In this document: positions 40,185 through 49,783 of the stretch, in pieces
Layout: every line of letters begins with the position of its first letter
How positions within the stretch are numbered: position 1 is the first letter of the stretch
From: Alphaproteobacteria bacterium
GTDB taxonomy: Bacteria > Pseudomonadota > Alphaproteobacteria > UBA6615
Direction of reading: 5' to 3'
Assembly (NCBI GenBank): GCA_965261975.1
Contig: CBDHEC010000018.1
Coordinates: forward strand, 1-64,000
DNA: 64,000 bases
Notes under the pieces: model-generated
The model's input: the letters and a program-made list of their open reading frames with translations, nothing else
The model's database searches: none
What the model was told of the DNA's origin: nothing
Position numbers and translations under genes: made by a program

Positions 40185-41784
40185 CTAGACGGCCGGTCCC
40201 ATTCTGAAGGTCACGTCGCCGTCGGCCGCGATCTGGTCAATGAGCGCGATTTCCCAGTCGATATACTCCTGCATCCTCGCCTCGACGTCGGTATTCCGGT
40301 CATAGGCGCGCAGGTAGACATCGATGCAGTCTTCGTCGGCGGGATAGGCCGGGTCGGCCTCGGTCGAATGACCCGACGCGACCCAGGCGTTCGTGCCGCC
40401 GGATAGAACCAGCACCTCTGCCTTTGTGAGGGCACGCGCCTCGTCGACGGCAAGCGCGGCCAGCCGCCCGTCGTCCGAGGTGAGAACCAGCGTGCCGTTA
40501 TCCGACAATGCGTCAGGCAGCACCGGACCGGTCTTGGCGATCCGGGAGCGTACGGCCCATTTCGCACCCGGGACGTGTCCCTTTCGGAACACACGACTCT
40601 CGCCCAGGTCGAGCACCATCACGTCGCCGCCGGGAAGACGCTCGGCCAGCGCGTCGGAATCGATCACCGGGACGTCCACGGAGAGAAGGTCGGTGCGGGC
40701 GCCCGTTTCGAGCTCGCCGGATAGTCCGCCATCGAGCACATACACGTCCGGATAGCCCATCTGCACCAGCCAGTGGGCGGTCATGGTCGCGCGCACGCCC
40801 GTGTCGTCGATCAGGACGATCCGTCCGTTCGGCACGCCGATCTGGAAGTCGGTGGCTTGGACCAGCTGCCCACCAGGCGCGGAACGCGAACCCGGCAAAT
40901 GGCCCGCGGCGAACTCATCGGGGTCACGCACGTCGAGCAGATAAAGCGTGCGGCGGTCGGCCTCGCCCTGCCAATCGGCGAGCCGGGTCCGGTCTATCGT
41001 CTCGACGGCATGATCCGTTGCGATCCGGTCGCGCATGGCGATCGCCGCGTCCAGTGTCTCGGGATCGCCAGAGGAAAATCGGTCGGTCCGGCCATGTTCG
41101 AGTTCAAGCCCGGCGAGATGCCAGCCCATCGTACCGTTTTCAAGCGCGACGACCTTGTTGGCGATGCCCGCGTTGATGACCGACTGGGCGCCAAGAATGC
41201 TGCGAGTGCGCCCCGCGCAATTGACCACGACAAGGGTGTCGGGAGACGGCGCCAGGTCACGCACCCGGTAGGCGAGTTCGCCGCCCGGTACGCTGACCCC
41301 CTGGGGGATATTCATGTTGTGGTACTCGGCGAAGGTACGGGAATCGAGGACCACCAGATCGTCGCCGCGATCCTGCATCGCCTTGAGCTCGGATGCGTCC
41401 ACCGACGGCGTGGCGTAGTGATGCTCCACCGCCTCCCCGAAGGCCTTGCTCGGCACGTTGATGCCCGAATAGATCGTAAAGCCCGCGGCCGCCCAATCAT
41501 CGGGCGTGTCGGGACAGATCACGACATCCGCATATCCGAGTGCCGCCAGCGCCGCCGCGCCGCGCGCCGCAAGGTCCGCATCACCCGCCGTGACAACGAC
41601 AACTGCGGTGCTTTTTCGCGGCACAAGCCGGGGCACCTCGAACTCCAGCCGGCTCAAGGGCGCGTTAACCCGCCCAAAAAAGGTGACAGGCGCCAAACTC
41701 GCCCTGCTCACGCAGGTCGAGCAGCGCCAGTTCGTCTCTCGCCCCAAGGGCGGTGCGTAAAGTCACTGAATTCATGACGGCCAT
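40185..41784 (-). pseudogene. Multi-domain rhodanese-related sulfurtransferase with a +1 frameshift near the 5' end
   Basis: The 5' frame reads MAVMNSVTLRTALGARDELALLDLREQGEFGACHLFWAG-stop. Another frame continues VNAPLSRLEFEVPRL...VNCAGRTRS...LDVRDPDEFAAGHLPG. Removing one G at 41669-41671 restores HLFWAVNAPLSRL. Confidence 0.75.
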
Positions 41785-41897
41785 TCTACAGTAAATACGC
41801 GTGTATTGAGATTCGATGCAGGTCCGGTGCATGATAGCGTCAAGCTAGACAAATGCGACCGGCACGACGCCGGTGATCAATAAAGGAGGACCACCAG

Positions 41898-42401
41898 ATG
41901 GCGCTCACAGTTGACCAGTTTGCCGAGGATTGCCGCCAAATCCTTTCCAATGATTCGAGCGAAGCCGGGCTGGACCAGGTTCGCCTTGTCGTCGAAAAGT
42001 TCCTGGCCGACCAGGAGTTCATTCAAGAGCATCTCGGCCCCGACAATGATGCAAACCGGAAGGTTCTGTATGAGGACCCCGAGCTCGAATTCTGCATCTG
42101 CGCCCATGTCTTCAAGGGTTCAAACGAAGCGCCGCCACACGATCACGGCCCCACCTGGGCGATCTACGGCCAGGCCATGGGCCAGACGGTCATGACGGAG
42201 TTCGAGAAGATCGAAGCACCCGATGGTGACGCACCCGGCAAGGTGAAGCCGACCAAGTCCTACGACCTCGACCCGGGCATGGCGGTTGCCTACCCGATCG
42301 GGCGCCTGCATTCGCCCAAGCGCGCGGGCGAGACACGACTGATCCGCATCGAGGGCAAGGACGTCACCAAGCTGTCGCGCGATTCCTACGAGCGCGCCTA
42401 G
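41898..42401 (+). CDS. Cysteine-dioxygenase-like cupin metalloenzyme
   Basis: PPHDHGPTWAIYG and a distal LHSP give a 3-His pattern. AGGAGG RBS. Confidence 0.75.
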   Translation: MALTVDQFAEDCRQILSNDSSEAGLDQVRLVVEKFLADQEFIQEHLGPDNDANRKVLYEDPELEFCICAHVFKGSNEAPPHDHGPTWAIYGQAMGQTVMTEFEKIEAPDGDAPGKVKPTKSYDLDPGMAVAYPIGRLHSPKRAGETRLIRIEGKDVTKLSRDSYERA

Positions 42402-42419
42402 CGGCTCTCGGGAAACGAC

Positions 42420-43808
42420 ATGACAGCCAGCCGCACAAGCGCGGTCGCGCGCGCGGCTGAGTATTTCGATACCGGTGCGTTCGTCGCAGGACTGGCACGG
42501 CTGGTCGCACACCCGACCCAGAGCCAGCTCCCCGATGCTCACCCGGCGTTGCGCAGCTATTTCAGCGACGTCGTTGGTCCCGAACTTGGGTCTCTCGGCT
42601 TCGAACTGGAGATTATCGAAAACCCTGAGCCTGGCGCGGGGCCGGTCCTGCTGGCCACCCGCCATGAAGGCGACGATCTGCCGTCGGTCCTGATCTACGG
42701 TCATGGCGACGTGGTCGTCGGCCAGGACGAACGCTGGCGGCCAGGCCTCACACCGTGGGCCGTCACCGTCGACGGCGACCGGCTCTATGGCCGCGGCACC
42801 GCCGACAACAAGGGCCAGCACTGGACCAATATCGGCGGCCTGCGGGCGGTGATCGAAGAGCGGGGCAACCTCGGCTTCAACTGCACCATTCTTCTGGAGA
42901 GCGACGAGGAGATGGGCTCGCGCGGCCTGCGGGAATTTTGCCGCATCCACGCGGGGCGGTTACGCGCGGATGTATTGATTGCATCCGATGGCCCGCGCCT
43001 CGATCCGGCACGCGCGACCATCGTTTTGGGCTCACGCGGGCTGGTGAATTTCGAACTCGCACTCAAACTCCGTGAGGGCGCCCATCATTCCGGAAACTGG
43101 GGCGGCCTGATCCGCGACCCGGGTGTCGTCCTGTCTCACGCCATCGCCAGCCTGACGGACGCGCGCGGCCAGATCGCCGTGCCCGAATGGCGCCCCTCTT
43201 CACTCACGCAGGAGATTCGCGATCTCCTGGCCGATGTGAAGATATCCGGCGGCGCCGGCAGCCCCGACATCGACCCCAACTGGGGCGAGGCGGACCTGAG
43301 CCCGGAAGAACGCGTCTATGGCTGGAACAGCTTCGCGGTTCTGGCACTCGAACTGGGCAACCCGCAGCGGCCCCAGAACGCCATCGCGCCCGAAGCCCGC
43401 GCGGTATGCCAGCTCCGCTACGTGGTCGGTACCGATCCGGACGACATCCTGCCCGCGCTCCGGCGTCATCTGGACGCCCATGGCTTCCAAGATATCAACG
43501 TGACCCCGACCCGGATGGCCGGCATGCGCGCCACGCGCTCGGACCCGAACAACGAATGGGTGCAACGCGCACTTGCATCGGTGAACGAGACCCTTGGTGA
43601 TACGGGAAAGGCTGCGCTCATACCCAACATCGGTGGCGGCATTCCCAACGACATCTTCGCGGAAGGTCTCGGCATGCCCACCGTCTGGATTCCCCACTCC
43701 TATGCGGGCTGTAACCAGCATGCGCCCAACGAGCATTTGCTCGCCCCGGTCGCCCGCGAGGGTCTGCAGGTCATGGCCGGGCTGTTCTGGGACATTGGCG
43801 CGAAATAG
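42420..43808 (+). CDS. M20 family metallopeptidase/amidohydrolase
   Basis: YGHGDVV, GRGTADNKGQH, EEMGS, HSGNWGG and QHAPNE motifs. Confidence 0.9.
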   Translation: MTASRTSAVARAAEYFDTGAFVAGLARLVAHPTQSQLPDAHPALRSYFSDVVGPELGSLGFELEIIENPEPGAGPVLLATRHEGDDLPSVLIYGHGDVVVGQDERWRPGLTPWAVTVDGDRLYGRGTADNKGQHWTNIGGLRAVIEERGNLGFNCTILLESDEEMGSRGLREFCRIHAGRLRADVLIASDGPRLDPARATIVLGSRGLVNFELALKLREGAHHSGNWGGLIRDPGVVLSHAIASLTDARGQIAVPEWRPSSLTQEIRDLLADVKISGGAGSPDIDPNWGEADLSPEERVYGWNSFAVLALELGNPQRPQNAIAPEARAVCQLRYVVGTDPDDILPALRRHLDAHGFQDINVTPTRMAGMRATRSDPNNEWVQRALASVNETLGDTGKAALIPNIGGGIPNDIFAEGLGMPTVWIPHSYAGCNQHAPNEHLLAPVAREGLQVMAGLFWDIGAK

Positions 43809-43815
43809 CGGCTGA

Positions 43816-45705
43816 TTATTGCGCCGCCTCGGCGGCCTCCAAGGCCTCGCTCGCCTCCAGCCATGCCGCCTCGGCCGCGTCCAGTTTCTTCTCGATCTCG
43901 CCGCGCTTCTTCATCAGGTCGGTCATCGCCTGATCCTTGTAGGGCGCCTCGGCGCTATCGGGATCGAACATGGCCCGGTCAATGGCGGAGCGCTGGTCCG
44001 TCAGCTTCGTCATTTCCGTTTCCGCCTTGCGGGCCCGGGCGCGCAGATCCTTCGTCCGCTCGCGCGCCTCGGCGGCGGCGCGGCGGGCTTCCTTCTTGTT
44101 GCCGCGTTTTTCCTTGGGCGCGTCATCGCGGGATTTCGCCTGGCCGCGCCCCAGCAGATGATCGCGATAATCGTCGAGGCTGCCGTCGAACTCCCGGGCC
44201 GTGCCCTCGTCGATCAGGATCAGTCGGTCCGCCGTCATCTCCAGCAGGTGCCGGTCATGGCTGACCACGACGACCGCGCCGTCGAAGGCATTGAGGGCCT
44301 GGACCAGCGCCTCGCGAGCATCCACGTCGAGATGGTTGGTCGGCTCATCAAGGATAAGGATATGGGGCGCGTCTCGGGTGATCAGGGCCAGCGCGAGCCG
44401 CGCCCGCTCGCCGCCCGACAACTTGCCGACCTCGAGATGCACCTTGTCGCCGGAAAAACCGAAGCGGCCGAGCTGGCTGCGCACCAGACCGGGCTTGGCA
44501 TCAGGCAGCAGGCGGGTCATGTGATCGAGGGGCGTCTCCCCGACGCGCAACTCCTCGACCTGATGCTGGGCGAAGTAGCCGACCCGCAGCTTGCTGCTGG
44601 CCGTCACATCGCCGCCCATGGGGTCGAGCTGGCCGGCCAGCAGCCGCGCCAGGGTGGTCTTGCCGTTGCCGTTGCGGCCCAAGAGCGCGATCCGGTCGTC
44701 GGGGTCGACACGCAGCCCCAGACCGGACAGCACCGGCGTGTCCGCGACATAGCCCACTGCCGCGCGGTCCAGCACCATCAGCGGCGGGCGCAGTTCCTGG
44801 GGGCTCGGGAAGTCGAACACCAATGTCGGGTCCTCGGCGGCCGCGGCCACGGGCTCCATCTTCGCCAACGCCTTCATCCGGCTCTGAGCCTGGCGGGCCG
44901 TATGGGCCTTGTAGCGCCAGCGATCCACATAGGCCTGGAGCTTCGCGCGTTTTTCTTCCTGCTTGGCGCGCATCGCCGCGACCTGGCTGAGGCGCTCGGC
45001 GCGGATCTTCTCGAAGGCGTCATAGCCGCCGGGATAGAGCGTCACCTTGCCGCCCTGCACATGCAGGATGTGGTCGACCACGTTGTTGAGCAGATCGCGC
45101 TCATGGCTCACCACGACCATCGACGCCGGATAAGTCTTGAGGAAATTCTCGAGCCAGAGCGCGGCCTCCAGATCGAGATGGTTCGACGGCTCGTCGAGCA
45201 GCAGCAGGTCGGGCCGCGAGAACAGCAGTCCCGCGAGCGCCACGCGCATGCGCCAGCCGCCCGAGAAATCCGACAGCGGCCGGTGCTGGTCCGCTTCGTC
45301 GAAACCGAGACCGGCCAGGATGCGGGCCGCTCGCGCGGGCGCTCCATGGGCGTCGATCAGCCCGAGCCGCTCGTGAATGTTGCTGATCCGATCCGCGTCG
45401 GTCGCGGTATCGGCCTCTTCAAGCAATTCCGTGCGTTCCGTGTCGGCCGCGAGCACCATCTCGAACGGTGACGTGCTACCGCCCGGCGCCTCCTGGGCGA
45501 CGTAGCCGATGCGCGTGCCGCGCGGCGTCTCGACCGATCCGTCATCGGCCTCGAGCAGCCCGGCGATAATCTTGAGCAGGGTCGACTTGCCCGCACCGTT
45601 GCGCCCGATCAGCCCGACCCGGCTGCCCGTGGGCAGCATGGCAGTGGCGCCGGCGAGAATGGTCTCGCCGCCCAGACGCGCCGTGATGTTGTTCAGGTTC
45701 AGCAT
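43816..45705 (-). CDS. ABC-F family ATP-binding protein
   Basis: Two ABC domains (GRNGAGKST/FSGGWRMR and GRNGNGKTT/LSGGE), no TM segments, C-terminal coiled coil. Confidence 0.93.
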   Translation of the reverse strand: MLNLNNITARLGGETILAGATAMLPTGSRVGLIGRNGAGKSTLLKIIAGLLEADDGSVETPRGTRIGYVAQEAPGGSTSPFEMVLAADTERTELLEEADTATDADRISNIHERLGLIDAHGAPARAARILAGLGFDEADQHRPLSDFSGGWRMRVALAGLLFSRPDLLLLDEPSNHLDLEAALWLENFLKTYPASMVVVSHERDLLNNVVDHILHVQGGKVTLYPGGYDAFEKIRAERLSQVAAMRAKQEEKRAKLQAYVDRWRYKAHTARQAQSRMKALAKMEPVAAAAEDPTLVFDFPSPQELRPPLMVLDRAAVGYVADTPVLSGLGLRVDPDDRIALLGRNGNGKTTLARLLAGQLDPMGGDVTASSKLRVGYFAQHQVEELRVGETPLDHMTRLLPDAKPGLVRSQLGRFGFSGDKVHLEVGKLSGGERARLALALITRDAPHILILDEPTNHLDVDAREALVQALNAFDGAVVVVSHDRHLLEMTADRLILIDEGTAREFDGSLDDYRDHLLGRGQAKSRDDAPKEKRGNKKEARRAAAEARERTKDLRARARKAETEMTKLTDQRSAIDRAMFDPDSAEAPYKDQAMTDLMKKRGEIEKKLDAAEAAWLEASEALEAAEAAQ

Positions 45706-45758
45706 GGAAGCGCGGGGGATAGCACAGGCCGCCGCGCTGCGGAACTGGGTGGGTTTTG

Positions 45759-46721
45759 CTACTCCGCAGCCTGCCGCAATTCGAAGCCGTCGCGGGAAAG
45801 CCCCGCCGCGGTCATCGCCTCACCAATGCGTGCGATCTCCGCGTCCGGCAATTTCACCAGCGGCGGGCGGACAACCGCCCGGTCCTGGCGGCCGAGATGG
45901 ACCAGCGCCTCCTTCATGCGGTTGTGCATGTCGCCAAAGGGATTCGCGTAGAAGGCCTCGGTCGCGTGCCACATGCGGCCCGCCACCGTACGCGCTGTCG
46001 CGAGATCATCCGACTGGACGGCGCGGAACAACGCCACCTGCATGTCGGCGATCACCGAGCCCGCGCCGGAGAGCAGGCCGTTCGCACCCATCACGAGGGA
46101 CGACATGAGCCAGGCGGAGTTCGTCGACAGGATGTTCACCGGCCGCGGCAGGTTCTGCAGCACCTGGATGTGGCGTGCATGGACCTGGGGCGGCGACCAG
46201 TCCTTGGCCGCCTTGATCGTCGGGACCTCTTCCGTCAGCGCGACCAGCGTGTCGAGGGAATAGGCGAGCTCGTCGCCATACTGGAAGACGATCAGCGGCA
46301 GGTCGGTGGCGTCCGCGATGGTCTTGAAGTGGGCCATCGCCATCTCGGGCCGGTGTTGAATGCCGCCCATGCCCATGGAGTGCGGCGGGAAACACAGCAG
46401 CGCCGACGCGCCGCCCGCCTCGGCCATCTTCGCGATCTTCGCAGCCTCATGGCTGCCGTCCGCATAGACGCCGTTGATGAGCGGGACGTCATCGCCGATC
46501 TCGTCCATGGCCGCGTCGAGGATCGCGCGTTGCTCGTCGAAAGAGCAGGCGTGGATTTCCGACGAGTGGCCGTTCACGGTTACGGCGGAGATGCCGTCGG
46601 TCGCGGCCACGAAGGACAGGTGCCGCCGGGTCTCGGCCTCGTTGATCCCGTAATCCTCGTCGAAGGCGAGGATCGCGGCGGGAATTACGCCTGCGGGTGT
46701 GTAGTCCTTGAATTTCGTCAT
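45759..46721 (-). CDS. DapA/NAL-family class I aldolase (not canonical DapA)
   Basis: GVIPA, VNGHSSE in place of GTTGE, IVFQY, Schiff-base KDW and VRPPL. Confidence 0.85.
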   Translation of the reverse strand: MTKFKDYTPAGVIPAAILAFDEDYGINEAETRRHLSFVAATDGISAVTVNGHSSEIHACSFDEQRAILDAAMDEIGDDVPLINGVYADGSHEAAKIAKMAEAGGASALLCFPPHSMGMGGIQHRPEMAMAHFKTIADATDLPLIVFQYGDELAYSLDTLVALTEEVPTIKAAKDWSPPQVHARHIQVLQNLPRPVNILSTNSAWLMSSLVMGANGLLSGAGSVIADMQVALFRAVQSDDLATARTVAGRMWHATEAFYANPFGDMHNRMKEALVHLGRQDRAVVRPPLVKLPDAEIARIGEAMTAAGLSRDGFELRQAAE

Positions 46722-46736
46722 ACCGGTTCCTCCTGC

Positions 46737-47945
46737 TTAGCCGTGATCATAGTCGGCAAGCGTCGTGCCGTCTTCCACATAGACCGTGTTGTTGTAGCCG
46801 TCGGGCCGGCCGTTGGTAAGTGATTCCAGCAGCCAATCGGCGATGCCGGGGTAGATCTGATTGGCGACCTCGCCCATGGGGTGGAACACACCCTCGTAGA
46901 GCCAGAGCTCCGTCGGCCCGCCGAGCCCGGCGCGGAACGTCGCGATATCGTCGGGCGAGCAGAGCTCGTCCATATCGCCCGCCACCAGCAGGTGGGGCAC
47001 CTTCAGGTCCTTCGCCACATCCGGCAGGTGCGCGAGGCGAGAGACATATTCGTCGAACTCGGCCTCGTCCGAGTAGCCGGCCATGTACATGAAGATGCGT
47101 TTGAAGTTGGGCTGGGCCTGCTCAAAGATCATGTCGAACGTACCGACATTGGCCATCTGGCCGCACACGGCGCTGATGCGCGGGTCCGCCGCGCCGATCA
47201 GCACGCCCCAGCGCGATCCCATGGACATGCCGAAGATGCCGATCTTGTCGGCGTCCACATCGTCGCGGGTCACGAGCCAGTCGACGACCGCCGAGGCCGC
47301 CTGCTCGTAATTGTTTTCCGTCTGCCAGGTGCCGTCGCGGTTGCACGCCCCTTGCCCGGGCCCGTCGATGGCACAGACATTCATGCCCCGGGGGATGAAT
47401 TCGTTGTTGAAGGGATTGCAGACGTCTTCCTTGACCTGGTCCATGCCCGGCAGCGCGATGATCGTCGGCTTGGGGCCGTCACCCGACGCCTTGTGGAATG
47501 TCGCGTAGGCATACTGGCCGGGCGCGAACTCGATAGCCTTGGATTCCATGGCCCCGTCGGACCATTCGACGACCTTGTCATAGCAACGGTAGAGCCCTTC
47601 GAACCACTCGACTTTCTGGGCCTGGCCGTGGATCGGGATCAGATGCTGGGCGCGACCGTAGCAAATGGCGGCACGATGGTTGAGTTGGCGAGCGGTATAC
47701 AGCCGTCCGCGGGCCTCGGCGTCCTTTGCCATGCCCTCCAGAACGACGGCGCGCTTGGCCCAGGCTTTCGGAAACGACCGGCGGCCGGAAACCTTGGAGT
47801 AGACCGCATTCAGGTCCTCGAACTTGGTGCCGCGCTCGAGCCGGTTGCCCATGATGCCGGGATGCAGAACATCCTCGTTGTCCGACAGCATCAGGAAATT
47901 ATCGAAGATCCAGCCCTGATCGGCGCGCAGTTGTGGTTTCGCCAT
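46737..47945 (-). CDS. Alpha/beta hydrolase (2,6-dihydroxypseudooxynicotine hydrolase/FrsA-like), copy 1
   Basis: PGMDQVKE, DGPGQG, nucleophile elbow GMSMGS, GDMDELC and FHP. Confidence 0.8.
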   Translation of the reverse strand: MAKPQLRADQGWIFDNFLMLSDNEDVLHPGIMGNRLERGTKFEDLNAVYSKVSGRRSFPKAWAKRAVVLEGMAKDAEARGRLYTARQLNHRAAICYGRAQHLIPIHGQAQKVEWFEGLYRCYDKVVEWSDGAMESKAIEFAPGQYAYATFHKASGDGPKPTIIALPGMDQVKEDVCNPFNNEFIPRGMNVCAIDGPGQGACNRDGTWQTENNYEQAASAVVDWLVTRDDVDADKIGIFGMSMGSRWGVLIGAADPRISAVCGQMANVGTFDMIFEQAQPNFKRIFMYMAGYSDEAEFDEYVSRLAHLPDVAKDLKVPHLLVAGDMDELCSPDDIATFRAGLGGPTELWLYEGVFHPMGEVANQIYPGIADWLLESLTNGRPDGYNNTVYVEDGTTLADYDHG

Positions 47946-47987
47946 TGTCGTTATTCCCCCTTCGTTTTCCGGATTCTTACCCCGGTA

Positions 47988-49715
47988 TTACATTCCTTCA
48001 TAGCCGCCATCGCGCAGGCGATCGACCAGCACGTTCACTGCGTCGGGCGGCAATCCAAGGCCGGTCAGCACGAATGCACCCATCTGAAGGCTCGATTCCG
48101 CGAGTTCGGGGATCGTCCGCGTCGCGCCGGCGGCATCGAGCTCTGCGGCATGTTCGAGATCGCGCGCACGGGCATAGATCTGCACGCCCGGCCAGCGCTT
48201 GCGGATATCGCGCACCGCGTTCTCGGCGTCCCGTTCCACGTCGAGGGTCAGAACGATTGCGCTTGCACGTTCGGCGCCAACGCTGGCCAGCACCTCGGCG
48301 CGGCGCCCATCGCCATAGAAGACCGGTTCACCGGCCGCGCGCAGCTGAGAGACCAGCCCGGAATCCATGTCCAGCGCCACATAGTCGATCCGCTCTTCGC
48401 GCAGCAGCGCGGCGATGGCCGCCCCGACTCGGCCGTAACCGGCGATGACGACATGATGGCCGAGCTCCGCAATCTCGTCGGGATCCGGCTCGAACGAGCG
48501 GGTATGGCCACGCTCCAGCCGTGTGCCTATCCGTGCGCCCGCCACGGCCAGCGCGGGCGTGACCATCATCGCCAGGCCCGCGACGATGAGGAAGAATTGC
48601 CCGTCCGCATGGGGAATCAGCCCGCCGGCCATGGCCAGCCCGACGACCAGCAGACCGAACTCTCCGGCCTGCCCGAGCAGAAGTCCCGCATGGACGGCGC
48701 TGGCCAGCGGCAGGCCGAACATCCGGCCTAGAACCGCCATGATGGCCGCCTTCAGGACGATCAGGCCGACGACGGACAGAACGATCAGCACCGCCAGGTC
48801 GGCGAATGCCTGCAAGTCGATACTCATGCCGACCGTCAGGAAGAACAGCCCCATGAGCAAACCCTTGAAGGGCTGGATATCGACCTCGATCTGGTACCGG
48901 AACTCGGTCTCGGCGAGCAACAGCCCGGCAAGGAAGGCACCCAGCGCCAAACTTAGCCCGGCCGCCGCCGTTGCGGCCGATGCGCCAATGACGGCCAGCA
49001 GGGTAATCGCCACAAAGAACTCCGGCGCGCGTGCCGACGCGGCCAGTCGAAACAGCGGCCGCAGGACGATGCGGCCGAGGATATAGATCGCGATGGCGGC
49101 GGCGATCGCCACCCCGAAACCGACGGCAAGCGCCTCGAGGATGCTGTCACCCGCCGCGCCGGTGAAGGCCGATACGAGAATCAGGATGGGCACGACCGAC
49201 AAGTCCTGGAACAGCAGGACGGAGAAGGACGCGCGACCGACCCGGGTCGAGAACTCCCGACGCCGGATCAATTCTTCGACGACGACGGCAGTCGACGACA
49301 GGGCGAAGCTGGCGCCGACAAGAATCGCAGCATTCAGGGAATTGCCCCATGCGAGCGCGACCCCGCCGATCACCAGCCCCGTCACCAGCACCTGTGACGC
49401 TCCGAACCCCAGGACCAGACGGCGCATGGACCAGAGCCGCTCAATGGAAAGTTCGAGGCCAATCAGAAACAGGAGAAAGACCACGCCGAACTCGGCGAGA
49501 ATCCGCACGCTTTCGACTTCCGTGAACGTGACGTAGGCGAGCCACGGCAACCGGTCGGCAAATGCGCCGAGCCCGAACGGGCCGATCAGCACACCCGCGA
49601 GCAGGAAGCCCAGCACCGGGCTGACCCGGACACGCTGGAAGGCCGGCACCAGGATCGCCGCGATCACCAGAAACAGAACGATTTCGCGCAAGAATGGTAT
49701 GGCGTGATCGTGCAT
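47988..49715 (-). CDS. CPA2-family cation:proton antiporter (KefB/KefC-like) with TrkA-N domain
   Basis: LFLIGLELS, LSSTA, LFQD, LGAFLAG and C-terminal GYGRVG/YGDG motifs. Confidence 0.92.
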   Translation of the reverse strand: MHDHAIPFLREIVLFLVIAAILVPAFQRVRVSPVLGFLLAGVLIGPFGLGAFADRLPWLAYVTFTEVESVRILAEFGVVFLLFLIGLELSIERLWSMRRLVLGFGASQVLVTGLVIGGVALAWGNSLNAAILVGASFALSSTAVVVEELIRRREFSTRVGRASFSVLLFQDLSVVPILILVSAFTGAAGDSILEALAVGFGVAIAAAIAIYILGRIVLRPLFRLAASARAPEFFVAITLLAVIGASAATAAAGLSLALGAFLAGLLLAETEFRYQIEVDIQPFKGLLMGLFFLTVGMSIDLQAFADLAVLIVLSVVGLIVLKAAIMAVLGRMFGLPLASAVHAGLLLGQAGEFGLLVVGLAMAGGLIPHADGQFFLIVAGLAMMVTPALAVAGARIGTRLERGHTRSFEPDPDEIAELGHHVVIAGYGRVGAAIAALLREERIDYVALDMDSGLVSQLRAAGEPVFYGDGRRAEVLASVGAERASAIVLTLDVERDAENAVRDIRKRWPGVQIYARARDLEHAAELDAAGATRTIPELAESSLQMGAFVLTGLGLPPDAVNVLVDRLRDGGYEGM

Positions 49716-49783
49716 CGGGCGGAATTCCTTTCCGTACCCAGACTAGGACGTTTTCACCGTCCGATCACCGTGACGAATGCGCG

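Noticed and set aside
40185-41747. ORF-track start MGRETNWRCSTC for the rhodanese
   Set aside because: That N-terminus is out-of-frame filler. The real homologous N-terminus lies in another frame starting at 41784 or 41775.
43819-48731. Long plus-strand ORFs (550 aa, 355 aa, 616 aa)
   Set aside because: Mirror frames of the ABC-F, aldolase, hydrolase and antiporter genes on the minus strand.
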